Assembly (NCBI GenBank): GCA_965222075.1
Contig: OZ244937.1
Location: forward strand, 4,096,001-4,160,000
Source: Candidatus Latescibacterota bacterium
Lineage (GTDB): Bacteria; Latescibacterota; UBA2968; GCA-2709665
Length of the DNA stretch: 64,000 nt
Direction: 5' to 3'
The notes beneath the pieces are model-generated. The model was not told where the DNA came from and searched no databases. It saw only the letters and a program-made list of their open reading frames with translations. A program made the translations under genes and the position numbers. Shown here piece after piece: positions 49,650-59,138 of this stretch (within the stretch, counting starts at the first letter, position 1; each line of letters opens with the position of its first letter).

Positions 49650-50106
49650 CGATTCCTCCTTTTCAAGCGTAAGATGCGTACACAAATCCCTCCCGTACCG
49701 CAGTCCCTATTTTAAATGTAAGTGTATCCGAAGGGCGGAGGCAAGCGAAAAAAGACGCACCCCAGGAAAGGATCTCATACGAAAGTTTCATCTCAGCACC
49801 AAGCAAAATTGGAGCATCCGGGAGGAGATGCGCAGGATCGGGAAGGAACTTTGTTGGAAGAGATGATAAACAAAATGACTGGCCGGAGGCCGCCTCCAGC
49901 CCTCTTGAAAAGGCCACTTGCCAAACCCGGCCTCTCTGTTGTATTTTGTAGGCGCGCTCGAGCCCCGTCACCGGGAGGAGATCGTGTCCAAACGTCCAGT
50001 GGCCCGTCGGCGGGCTGGATCAGGACCGCGATGTCGACCGACTGGCTGCCAATCCAGGGGCCGACCACCACATCAAGAATAAGCCAGGCAGGAGGTTGAT
50101 TCTGAA

Positions 50107-51360
50107 ATGGCCGATTTAATTCCGGCCCACGGAGGGGTGGACGAGCCGGTTTGCCTCATGGCACCGGCGGACGAGGCGGACGCGTTTCGTGAAGCGGCCG
50201 GGCGGCTGGTCCGGGTTGCTCTGAGCGATGCGGATCTTTCAACGGTTTACCGGTTTGGGGACGGCGCGCTGAGCCCTTTAACCGGGCCGATGGACGCGGA
50301 GACCTACCACCGGGTGCTGGAGGAGGGGGTGATTGAGTCCAATGGGCAGCGCTATGCCTGGACCATTCCACTGGGTCTGCCGGTTGAGGCGGGGCTGGTT
50401 GCGCAGCTTGAGGTCGGCCAGCGTGTTGCCCTGGTGAATACGGCCGATGAGGTCGTGGGCACGCTGGATGTGAGCGATATTTACCCCTGGGACAAACCCA
50501 AGTACCTCAAGAGCGTGTACCTGACCGAGCGCACGGACCACCCCGGGGCCGATATGGTTCTGAAGGGAGATGCGGACAGGTCGCACCTGCTGGGGGGAAC
50601 GGTTCGGGTGTTGCCCCAGCCAGAACACCCGGGGTTCGGGCAGTATGTACACACGCCGCGTGAGGTGCGCCGCCTGCTAAGAGAAACAGGCTGGGAGCGC
50701 GTGGTGGCTTTTCAGACCCGCAACCCGCTGCACCGGGCGCACGAGTACGCGCTGGTTTACGGTCTGGAGACGCTGGTCCGACGGGGGTACAGGGCCGGGG
50801 CCTGTTTAAATCCGCTGGTGGGGGAGACCAAGGCAGACGATGTGAGCGCCGAGGTCCGCATGCAGACCTACCAGGCCCTGATCGAGGCCCGCACACTGGG
50901 AGAGGGCGACAGCGATTCCGGGCTGTGGGAACGCGAGTCAGTGCCGGACCGGGTGATGCTGCTGGGGTTGGATATCAGGATGTTTTATGCGGGTCCCAAG
51001 GAGGCGGTGATGCACGCGATCTATCGCCAGAACTTCGGGTTTACCGATATTATTATCGGGCGAAAACACGCCGATGCGCCCTATCACGACGGGAGCGCCA
51101 TCTGGGGGGATTTCGACGCGCAGGAGATTTTCGAGCGTTTGAAAGGGGATCTGAAAATCCGCCCGCTGAAGGTGGGGTTCGCGGCCTTTTACGAGTCGCT
51201 GGGAAGGGTGGACCTGATGGAGAACCATACCGATGAACAGCCGGTTTTTATCTCCGGCAAGCAGGTTCGCGAGATGCTGATGCGGGGAGAGGAGGTTGAT
51301 CCACGCATTATGCGGCCCACAACCTCGAAAATTCTGAGCGAGGCAATGGCGGAGAGATAA
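50107..51360 (+). CDS. sat: sulfate adenylyltransferase
   Basis: [42 protein letters not shown]. Confidence 0.93.
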   Translation: MADLIPAHGGVDEPVCLMAPADEADAFREAAGRLVRVALSDADLSTVYRFGDGALSPLTGPMDAETYHRVLEEGVIESNGQRYAWTIPLGLPVEAGLVAQLEVGQRVALVNTADEVVGTLDVSDIYPWDKPKYLKSVYLTERTDHPGADMVLKGDADRSHLLGGTVRVLPQPEHPGFGQYVHTPREVRRLLRETGWERVVAFQTRNPLHRAHEYALVYGLETLVRRGYRAGACLNPLVGETKADDVSAEVRMQTYQALIEARTLGEGDSDSGLWERESVPDRVMLLGLDIRMFYAGPKEAVMHAIYRQNFGFTDIIIGRKHADAPYHDGSAIWGDFDAQEIFERLKGDLKIRPLKVGFAAFYESLGRVDLMENHTDEQPVFISGKQVREMLMRGEEVDPRIMRPTTSKILSEAMAER

Positions 51361-51583
51361 TCAAAATTCGGCTTAACGCAACTGCGCAATGTCGGTTGTG
51401 AGGTTCACGGTTCCTATCTTTATGAATTATCGGCAGGTTGTGGCGATTCCGCAACCGAAAAATGAGGACGCCCCCGGCAGGCGCTTGAGGCTTATCTTTT
51501 GGGGAACCACTTGACTTTCACCGGAGGATAAGATAAATTGAGCCAGATTTTGATATTTCGGATTTTGGATTGAAGGTTTTTCT

Positions 51584-51619
51584 TCCGCAATCCGCAATCC
51601 GCAATCCGCGATCCGCAAT
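51584..51619 (+). repeat. heptamer tandem repeat (TCCGCAA)x5
   Basis: TCCGCAA TCCGCAA TCCGCAA TCCGCGA TCCGCAA upstream of clpP. Confidence 0.85.
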
Positions 51620-51641
51620 TCAACAGGGGGAAGATGGCGAG

Positions 51642-52265
51642 ATGATGGAATATGAGGAAGATTGGGTTCGGTTAAAAGAGGAGGAGGAGGAAGAAGAGGT
51701 GCGGGGGGAAGGGGACGGCGCTTTTCTGGGCCGAAATCTGCTCAAGGCCCGGACCATTTTGATTTCCGATCCGGTTGACCACAAGCTAACTACCCGGGTG
51801 ATTGCCCAGTTGCTGCTGGTGGACGGCGAAGACCCGGAGAAGCCGGTCAAGATTTTCATCAATTCTCCGGGGGGTAGCGCGGACGACGGGTTTGCGATTT
51901 ACGATATGATCCGCTTCATCCGCCCGCCGGTGAAGGTGATCAGCGCCGGGCTTTCGGCCAGCGCTGCGACGGTGATTATGCTGGCGGCCGAGAAAGAGAA
52001 CCGATATGCGCTGCCCAATGCCCGGATTATGATCCACCAGCCGTCGATGCGGTATTTCGGCGCAGCCGAAGATATCCGGCGGACGGCAGAACAGATCCTG
52101 AAATTGAGGGCGCGGATCAACAAGCTCTACGCTGAGGAGACCGGGCAGCCGATTGAAAAGGTGGAGGAAGATACGGACCGGGACTACTGGATGTCAGCGC
52201 AGGAGGCGCTGGACTACGGACTGATCAGCAGGGTGGTCGGCAGCTATGCCGAACTGGAAGCATAA
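51642..52265 (+). CDS. clpP: ATP-dependent Clp protease proteolytic subunit
   Basis: INSPGG, GLSASA (Ser), IMIHQP (His), DRDYWMSAQEALDYGLI (Asp). Confidence 0.92.
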   Translation: MMEYEEDWVRLKEEEEEEEVRGEGDGAFLGRNLLKARTILISDPVDHKLTTRVIAQLLLVDGEDPEKPVKIFINSPGGSADDGFAIYDMIRFIRPPVKVISAGLSASAATVIMLAAEKENRYALPNARIMIHQPSMRYFGAAEDIRRTAEQILKLRARINKLYAEETGQPIEKVEEDTDRDYWMSAQEALDYGLISRVVGSYAELEA

Positions 52266-52372
52266 GCGGAACGCAGGCGGAGAGGCCCCCGGCTTTCACC
52301 GTCACATTTGTTAACGTCGCAGGGGCGGGGTTTTCCCGCCCCTTAAATTTGTCGTTCCCTGGAAGGCACACA

Positions 52373-53425
52373 ATGTCTCAAGCCGACCGTTTTCTCCGCG
52401 CCTGCCGCCGGGAACCGGTAGACAGGACGCCGGTATGGCTGATGCGCCAGGCCGGCCGGTATATGCCGGAATACCGGGCGCTGCGAGAGAAGTACAGTAT
52501 TCTGGAGATGATCAAAACGCCGGATCTGGCGATGCAGGTTACGCTGCAGCCCATCCGGGCTTTCAATCTGGATGCTGCGATTATTTTTGCCGATATTTTG
52601 CCGGTGCTGGAACCGATGGGGCTTCAGCTTGAGTTTGTAAAGGGAGAGGGGCCCGTGATCCACAATCCAGTGCGCACCCCCGCCGATGTGGACGCGCTTG
52701 CCACGCCTCCGGCGGCGGAGGGCCTGCACTTTACCCTCCAGGCGATCCGGCAGGTCCGGGAGGCCCTGGCGGGAACGGCGCCCCTGATCGGTTTTTCCGG
52801 GGCGCCGTTTACCCTGGTCAGCTATGCGATGGAGGGAGGCGCTTCGCGAAATTATACAGTGGCCAAAGGGTTTATGTACGAGCAGCCGTCGGCCTGGCAC
52901 GGTCTGATGGAGAAGATGTCGCGGGTTGTGGGAAACTATTTGCAGGCGCAGGCGAGGGCCGGGGCGCAGGCCCTGCAGCTGTTCGACAGCTGGGTGGGGG
53001 CGCTGAGTCCTGCGGATTACCGGGAATACGTGCTGCCGCATTCCAAACGGGCGATTGAGATTGCGAAACAGGAGACGGATGCGCCCCTGATCCACTTCGG
53101 CACCGGCACTTCGGGCATGCTGCCCCTGATCAAAGAGGCGGGGGGCGATGTGATCGGGGTGGACTGGCGGATCGATCTGGCCGAGGCCCGGTCGCGGCTG
53201 GGGGAAGATGTGGCGGTTCAGGGCAATCTGGACCCGGTGGTGCTTTTCGCCCCTGTGCCGGAGATAAGGCAGCAGGCCGCGCGTATTTTAGACGGTGTTG
53301 CAGGGAAGCCGGGCCACATTTTCAACCTGGGGCACGGGATTCTTCAGCATACCCCTGTCGCGCATGTTGCGGCTCTGGTCGATTTTGTCCACGAATACAC
53401 AGGATCGGATTCGAATGGCGAGTAG
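52373..53425 (+). CDS. hemE: uroporphyrinogen decarboxylase
   Basis: PVWLMRQAGRYMPEY, GFSGAPFTL, QGNLDP, NLGHG. Confidence 0.96.
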   Translation: MSQADRFLRACRREPVDRTPVWLMRQAGRYMPEYRALREKYSILEMIKTPDLAMQVTLQPIRAFNLDAAIIFADILPVLEPMGLQLEFVKGEGPVIHNPVRTPADVDALATPPAAEGLHFTLQAIRQVREALAGTAPLIGFSGAPFTLVSYAMEGGASRNYTVAKGFMYEQPSAWHGLMEKMSRVVGNYLQAQARAGAQALQLFDSWVGALSPADYREYVLPHSKRAIEIAKQETDAPLIHFGTGTSGMLPLIKEAGGDVIGVDWRIDLAEARSRLGEDVAVQGNLDPVVLFAPVPEIRQQAARILDGVAGKPGHIFNLGHGILQHTPVAHVAALVDFVHEYTGSDSNGE

Positions 53426-54347
53426 AGCGGTTCTGATGCTTGCGTACGGCAGTCCGGACGCTTTGGACGATATGGAAGCCTATCTGAACGATATCCGGGG
53501 CGGGCGCCCGATGTCCGAGGAATTCGTGGCAGAGTTCCGGGGGCGGTACGCGCAGATTGGGGGCCGGTCTCCGTTGAGTGAACGTACGGTTGAGCAGGCG
53601 AAGGCTACGGAGGCGGTGTTGCGCGCTCGCGGCCACGATCTGCCCGTTTACGTGGGGATGCGGCACTGGACGCCCTGGATCAAAGATGTGGTTGCTCAGA
53701 TGCACGCAGACGGCGTTGAAGAAGTGGTTGCGATTGTGATGGCGCCGCATTATTCTAAGATGAGCATCGGGCGGTACTGGGAAAAGGTGGGTGAAGCCCG
53801 GCAGGCCGCCGGCAGCAGCATCCGGTTTGCTTTTGTGGATTCCTGGTGCTGGCAGCCCAAATTGCTAAAGGTCCAGGAGGCGTTCGTTCGGGCCGGGCTG
53901 GAGAAATTTTCAGGTGAGGCGCGCAAGAAGGTGAAGGTCGTGTTTTCCGCGCACAGCCTGCCCGCCCGGCTTTTGAAGGTGGGCGATCCATACGACGATG
54001 AACTCAAGGGCAATGCAAAGACGCTGGCCAAGCGGCTGGGGGATGTGGACTGGACCTTTTCCTACCAGAGCGCGGCCCATACCGGAGAGCCCTGGCTGGG
54101 GCCTCAGATCGAAGATGTGATCGTGGACCTGGCCGGTGAGGGATACCGGAACGTGCTGGTGGCGCCGATCGGATTTGTGTGCGACCATGTGGAGATTCTG
54201 TACGATATCGATATCGGCGTTCAGAAGATTGCAAAAAAACAGGGCGTTCGAGTGGAACGAATCGAGTCGATGAACAGCAATCCGGTGTTTGTTGAGGCGG
54301 TGGCGGATGCGGTGGAAGAGAAGCTGAATGAAGGGATGGGGGGTTGA
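53415..54347 (+). CDS. hemH: ferrochelatase (coproporphyrin-type likely)
   Basis: [39 protein letters not shown]. Confidence 0.93.
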   Translation: MASRAVLMLAYGSPDALDDMEAYLNDIRGGRPMSEEFVAEFRGRYAQIGGRSPLSERTVEQAKATEAVLRARGHDLPVYVGMRHWTPWIKDVVAQMHADGVEEVVAIVMAPHYSKMSIGRYWEKVGEARQAAGSSIRFAFVDSWCWQPKLLKVQEAFVRAGLEKFSGEARKKVKVVFSAHSLPARLLKVGDPYDDELKGNAKTLAKRLGDVDWTFSYQSAAHTGEPWLGPQIEDVIVDLAGEGYRNVLVAPIGFVCDHVEILYDIDIGVQKIAKKQGVRVERIESMNSNPVFVEAVADAVEEKLNEGMGG

Positions 54348-54455
54348 AAAAAATCGCGAATCCGGCCCTGTGGCAGTCCCCGGCCCTGTGCTCCGGGTGC
54401 CTGCGGTGCAGGGCCTGAACGCATGGTGCCCCCGAGATAACGGTTGTAGACATGG
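54322..54455 (+). repeat. ~134-bp intergenic repeat, copy 2 (supplies hemH stop)
   Basis: Near-identical to 45208-45341. Confidence 0.9.
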
Positions 54456-54468
54456 CGGATTTTTTCAG

Positions 54469-55872
54469 ATGCACGTGACGATTGTCGGCGGCGGGATCGC
54501 CGGGCTGGCGACGGCTTATTATCTGCAGGAGAAGAGTCGGGAAGCGGGCGAGGCGGTTGCATATACGTTGATTGAAAGCGATCCAGGGTTCGGGGGAAAG
54601 ATCGTGACCGAATCTGTGGAGGGGTTTACAATTGAGGGCGGGCCGGACCTGATTCTGACGCAAAAACCCTGGGGGGTTCAGCTGTGTCGCGATCTGGGGC
54701 TGGGCGATCGGTTGATTTCCACCAACCACGACCGCCAGAAGACCTTTCTGGTGCAGGGTGGGCGACTGGTCGCTTTTCCCAGCGATTTTACACTGATTCC
54801 CACGCGGTTCATGCCCTTTGCCCGGTCGCCGCTGTTTTCCCTGCGGGGCAAGCTGAGGGTGGGAATGGACTGGTTCATTCCCGCCCGGAGGGAGACCAGC
54901 GACGAGAGCCTGGCGGATTTTATCCGCCGCCGGCTGGGACGGGAAGCGCTGGATAAGATCGGCGGGCCGATGCTGGCGGGGATTCACAGCGCAGATCCGG
55001 AACGGTTGAGCCTGTTGAGCACGTTCCCGAGATTCGCGGATATGGAACAGCAGCACGGGAGCCTGATCCGGGCGATGCGGGCGGCGAGAAAGGCCCGCTC
55101 GCCTTTGGGAGGGAATGCGAGACCCCCGGTGATGTTTATCAGTTTGGTGGGGGGGTTGGGGGAACTGGTGGATGCGATTACCGAACGGCTGGGCAGCGAT
55201 CTGCGCACGGGGCACCGGGTGACTGGCCTGCGGTTTCTGGATCCCGGGTTCGAGGTGGGGCTGGATGGAGAGGAGGGACAGACGCTGGGGACCGATGCGG
55301 TGGTGCTGGCTGTGCCGGCCTTTGCTGCCGCAGATCTGGTGGAACCGGTTTTACCCGATCTGGCGGTCCGGCTCAGGCAGATCCGGTACGTTTCGACCGG
55401 GACTGTTGCGCTGGCGTATCGGAAGGCAGACGTAGACCAGCAGCACGATCTGGACGGGTTCGGATTTCTGGTGCCCAAATCCGAGGGACGCCGGATTACG
55501 GGGTGTACCTGGATGTCTTCAAAGCTGAACCACCGGGCACCGGACGACGGCGTTCTGATCCGGGGATTTGTGGGCGGGGATGCCCAGGAGGAGGCGGTCG
55601 ATTTGCCCGACAGTGCGCTGTTGGACCTGGTTCGGAAGGAGATTGCCGAGTTGATGGGGATTACGGCCGAGCCGATTTTTCACCGGATTCACCGCTGGCG
55701 GCGAGGGCGCCCCCAGTACGATGTGGGGCACCTGGACCGGGTGGCGGAGATGGAGGCGCTTGCGGCAAAGACGCCTGGACTCTACCTGACCGGAAGCGCT
55801 TACCGGGGGGCGGGGATTCCAGACTGTGTGAAGCAGGCAATGGATACGGTGGACCGGATTCTGGAGGGATAA
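54469..55872 (+). CDS. hemY: proto/coproporphyrinogen oxidase HemY
   Basis: [12 protein letters not shown] motif, GGKI, GFGFLVP, PQYDVGH, GIPDC. Confidence 0.92.
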   Translation: MHVTIVGGGIAGLATAYYLQEKSREAGEAVAYTLIESDPGFGGKIVTESVEGFTIEGGPDLILTQKPWGVQLCRDLGLGDRLISTNHDRQKTFLVQGGRLVAFPSDFTLIPTRFMPFARSPLFSLRGKLRVGMDWFIPARRETSDESLADFIRRRLGREALDKIGGPMLAGIHSADPERLSLLSTFPRFADMEQQHGSLIRAMRAARKARSPLGGNARPPVMFISLVGGLGELVDAITERLGSDLRTGHRVTGLRFLDPGFEVGLDGEEGQTLGTDAVVLAVPAFAAADLVEPVLPDLAVRLRQIRYVSTGTVALAYRKADVDQQHDLDGFGFLVPKSEGRRITGCTWMSSKLNHRAPDDGVLIRGFVGGDAQEEAVDLPDSALLDLVRKEIAELMGITAEPIFHRIHRWRRGRPQYDVGHLDRVAEMEALAAKTPGLYLTGSAYRGAGIPDCVKQAMDTVDRILEG

Positions 55873-55938
55873 AGCAGGGCGAACACGTACAGGAGGCAGG
55901 ACAGGAGATGATGAGCGCGGAGGCGTGATCTTCGCGCT

Positions 55939-57225
55939 TTATTTTTTGGGTTCGAGGATTTCGCAGCCGGCCATGTACGGGCGAAGCGCTTCGGGGACGA
56001 TCACGCTGCTGTCGGCCTGCTGACCCTGTTCAACGATGGCGGGGATCAGGCGGCTGGTTGCCAGCCCCGAGGCGTTGAGGGTGTGCACGAACTCGTTTTT
56101 GCCGGTCTCTGTGCGCTTGAAGCGGATGCTGCCCCTGCGCGCCTGGTAGCTGTGCGCGTTTGAGGCCGAGCTGACTTCCTTGTATTCGCCCATGCTGGGT
56201 ATCCAGACCTCGATGTCATAGGTCTTGGCCATGGAAGCGCTTACGTCTCTCGCGGCGAGTTTTGAGACCCGGTGGTGCAGGCCCAGGCCCCGGACCAGCC
56301 GTTCGGCTTTTGCGATGAGTTCCTCCAGCGCCACCTCGGAGTCTTCGGGACGGGTAAACTGAAAGATTTCGACCTTGTTGAACTGGTGGCCCCGGATCAT
56401 CCCACGCTCCTGGGTCCGGTAGCTGCCGGCTTCCTTTCGGTAACAGGGCGTATAGGCAAAGTATTTCTTGGGCAACTCCTCTTCGGGGATGATCTCGTCT
56501 CGGTGGAAGTTGATCAGCGCCGTTTCCGCAGTTGGAAGGAGGAACTGAAAGTCCTTTTCGTGCTCGGCCTTCAGGTGAAAGACGTCGTCCCCGAATTTTG
56601 GAAATTGTCCGGCCGCGTAGCCGCACTGGTAGGTCAGGATATGCGGCGGAAGGATGAACTCGTAGCCGTCTTTGAGGTGGTCTTCGATAAAATAGTTCAG
56701 GAGCGCCCATTCGAGACGGGCGCCGCTTCCCCGGTAGAGCCAGAAGCCGTTTCCGCCCATTTTCACGCCCCGCTCGTAGTCGATCAGTCTCAGCGATGTG
56801 ACGAGTTCAACGTGGTCTTTTGCCCAATCGCCCAGGTTGGGCTTTTCGTCCCAGACGCGGATGACTTCGTTGTTTTCTTTGTCGCCGGGGGGAATGTCGT
56901 CGGCAGGAATATTGGGCAGCTCTTCGAGGAAGGTTCTGATTTTCCGTTCGACTTCCAACAGGTCTGTTTCAAGGGTTTTGATGGTGCCGGAGACGGACTT
57001 CATCTCGTTTTGCACCTGGGTGGTGTCCCGACCGGCCTTTTTCATCTGCGGGATTTGTGCAGAGACTTTGTTCCGCTTTTCCCGAAGCCTTCCAATTTCG
57101 GCGATGCGTTCCCGCCGTTTCCGGTCCCACTGGAGCAGTGCGTCGAAGTCTACGGTATCCATACGTTTGAGCAACGCCTGCTTGACGCCTTCAGGATTTT
57201 TTCGAATCAGGTTCAGGTCTAGCAT
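55939..57225 (-). CDS. serS: serine--tRNA ligase
   Basis: MLDLNLIR, LPTAET, YRKEAGS, RGHQFNKVE, EVSSASN, HTLNASGLA. Confidence 0.96.
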   Translation of the reverse strand: MLDLNLIRKNPEGVKQALLKRMDTVDFDALLQWDRKRRERIAEIGRLREKRNKVSAQIPQMKKAGRDTTQVQNEMKSVSGTIKTLETDLLEVERKIRTFLEELPNIPADDIPPGDKENNEVIRVWDEKPNLGDWAKDHVELVTSLRLIDYERGVKMGGNGFWLYRGSGARLEWALLNYFIEDHLKDGYEFILPPHILTYQCGYAAGQFPKFGDDVFHLKAEHEKDFQFLLPTAETALINFHRDEIIPEEELPKKYFAYTPCYRKEAGSYRTQERGMIRGHQFNKVEIFQFTRPEDSEVALEELIAKAERLVRGLGLHHRVSKLAARDVSASMAKTYDIEVWIPSMGEYKEVSSASNAHSYQARRGSIRFKRTETGKNEFVHTLNASGLATSRLIPAIVEQGQQADSSVIVPEALRPYMAGCEILEPKK

Positions 57226-57425
57226 AAAAATACAGTCTCCTGTTTGAGGCGTTTCTCAATTCCGGCCCTGAGGAGGGCCATCTCCTTGCGCTCTTACCGA
57301 TTTCAAGCCGTTAAGAACGTACCAAAAAGAGTTCACAGTATTGTAAAAAATACTTCCACCTGTTACGAGAATCAAGATAAATTGTCCACCGAACCTGTAC
57401 AACAATCCGCATCGGCCCTGGGCCT

Positions 57426-59138
57426 TCAACGATAGGTGGCTTCTATCTCGCAGGCCTCCTTGCCTTCCCCGGGCGCCACCGGCGTCACCGTCTTTCCATA
57501 GCGCGTGACGGGCTTACACGAAATCGGCTCACCGTCCACCCTGACCTCTGCCAGCCTCCGATCTGCAAACTGGCCCGGGATAAGCCAGCGAAGATTTCCG
57601 TCGTCCGGTGCGCCCCCGGCCGTGAACCTCAGCGTATGATCTTTCCACGACATATTCTCCAAACGCCACCGGTCGCGCAGCAGCCAGAAATCGCACCACT
57701 GATCGTAGGACCAGATCGGAATGTCCCGTTCCACGGCCTTTTTCAACAGGACCAGACCCTGCTCCCTTGAGTATTTCACCCAGTTGCCCGGGTGCATGAT
57801 CACCCCATAGGGCATGTGGAAGCGCGTGGCGTTGTCGTCTAAGATGCGGTCCACCAGAACGCCGTACTGCGCCGGCGAATACCGGAACGATTTGGGAGCT
57901 GTCGGGTGGAACCACACATCGTCGGACAGGTGGGTGTGCTGCTGGATAACGTCGACCAGGCGCCCGTCGGGGTGGCAGAACCGCATCGGCATGGCCGCCC
58001 CTCTCAGGTGGTAGGGGCCGCTGCAGCGGTCCTGCATGTATGCCGAACACAGAAAGTTCGCATCCATCCGGATGCCCAGCCGCGCCTCCACTTCAACCAG
58101 GTCGAGGTATCCCGCCCAGGACAGACAGTGGTTGCGGACGCTCTTCGGCCTGAACCCGTACATTTCTTCAAAAAGCAGGAGCTGCCGCTCGAATTCCGCA
58201 ACCCGTTCCGGAATCGGCCGGCCGTCGAACGGCCGCAGATTCGGATGCGGGCCCACGTCGTGATCCTGGCGATAGCGCTGCACATCCCCGGCCGTCGAAT
58301 GGGTGTGGATAGGGATAATGTAGAGACTCATCCTCGCACCGGCCGCCGTCACCTCTCCAAACTCCTCTTCAACCCACGAAACCTCCGCCCCGTCCTCATC
58401 ACCGGAGTAGAGCACGATGGCCGAGGCCTCTCCGGGCAGGTGCCAGAGCATGGGCACCGGTGCGGGCACAAAGCGGCATACCAAGTCCACCAGCCACCGC
58501 GCCAGCAGGTCGGCAAAGGGCAGCAGGCCGCTGTCTGCCGGGCCCAGGTCAACCCCTATGGAATCCGCCCGGACATTGCCCCCCACCGCCCGCTCGGTCT
58601 GGTCGGGGTCGCCCTGGCGGAGGGTGAGCACGCAGCGGGGCAGATCGAACGCGAAGGCCACAACGCGCCCTTCTCCCACAGGGGTTTCAATTGCGCCCAC
58701 GGTCTCCCCCTCGAACGTGTCGGGGTGGTACAGGTAGGCCAGGCCCAACCCCGCTTCGGTCTGCACACCGTAGGCCCCCGCCTCCCCCACAACCGGAAGG
58801 TCCTCGCCTGAAAGCCCCGCCGCGGGGTACGCCGAAATGCGCAGACGCTGAGGCGTGGACTTCGGCCCCGCATAGACCAGGCCCGCTGCCTCCGCCAGCG
58901 CGCCGGTGGGCAGGAACGCGATCAGCGTACCGCCCCGCCGGGCAAAGCCGATCAGTGACTCGTTCGCCTCTGCATTCTGTTCCGACGCCGGACAGACCAG
59001 CACGGGAGTCGATGCCGGATCCAGCTCCTCCACCCGGTCCTGCCGGACCAGATCAAAGTGAGCAAGTCCCCACGTTTTGAAGACCTCAGCCACATAATCG
59101 GAGAGATCGGACGGATGTGTAAGAATACCGATTCTCAT
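57426..59138 (-). CDS. polysaccharide-deacetylase-like protein with N-terminal GATase-like domain
   Basis: FARRGGTL, GEGRVVAFAFDL, GDED, VGPH, RNHCL, MHP; start overlaps the upstream stop (ATGA). Confidence 0.6.
   Translation of the reverse strand: MRIGILTHPSDLSDYVAEVFKTWGLAHFDLVRQDRVEELDPASTPVLVCPASEQNAEANESLIGFARRGGTLIAFLPTGALAEAAGLVYAGPKSTPQRLRISAYPAAGLSGEDLPVVGEAGAYGVQTEAGLGLAYLYHPDTFEGETVGAIETPVGEGRVVAFAFDLPRCVLTLRQGDPDQTERAVGGNVRADSIGVDLGPADSGLLPFADLLARWLVDLVCRFVPAPVPMLWHLPGEASAIVLYSGDEDGAEVSWVEEEFGEVTAAGARMSLYIIPIHTHSTAGDVQRYRQDHDVGPHPNLRPFDGRPIPERVAEFERQLLLFEEMYGFRPKSVRNHCLSWAGYLDLVEVEARLGIRMDANFLCSAYMQDRCSGPYHLRGAAMPMRFCHPDGRLVDVIQQHTHLSDDVWFHPTAPKSFRYSPAQYGVLVDRILDDNATRFHMPYGVIMHPGNWVKYSREQGLVLLKKAVERDIPIWSYDQWCDFWLLRDRWRLENMSWKDHTLRFTAGGAPDDGNLRWLIPGQFADRRLAEVRVDGEPISCKPVTRYGKTVTPVAPGEGKEACEIEATYR

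Noticed and set aside
49950-50075. Possible SAM riboswitch in the sat leader (GCCAATCC-like motif, hairpins)
   Set aside because: No ATC.AGAG / GGCAACC core found; cannot support without a covariance search.
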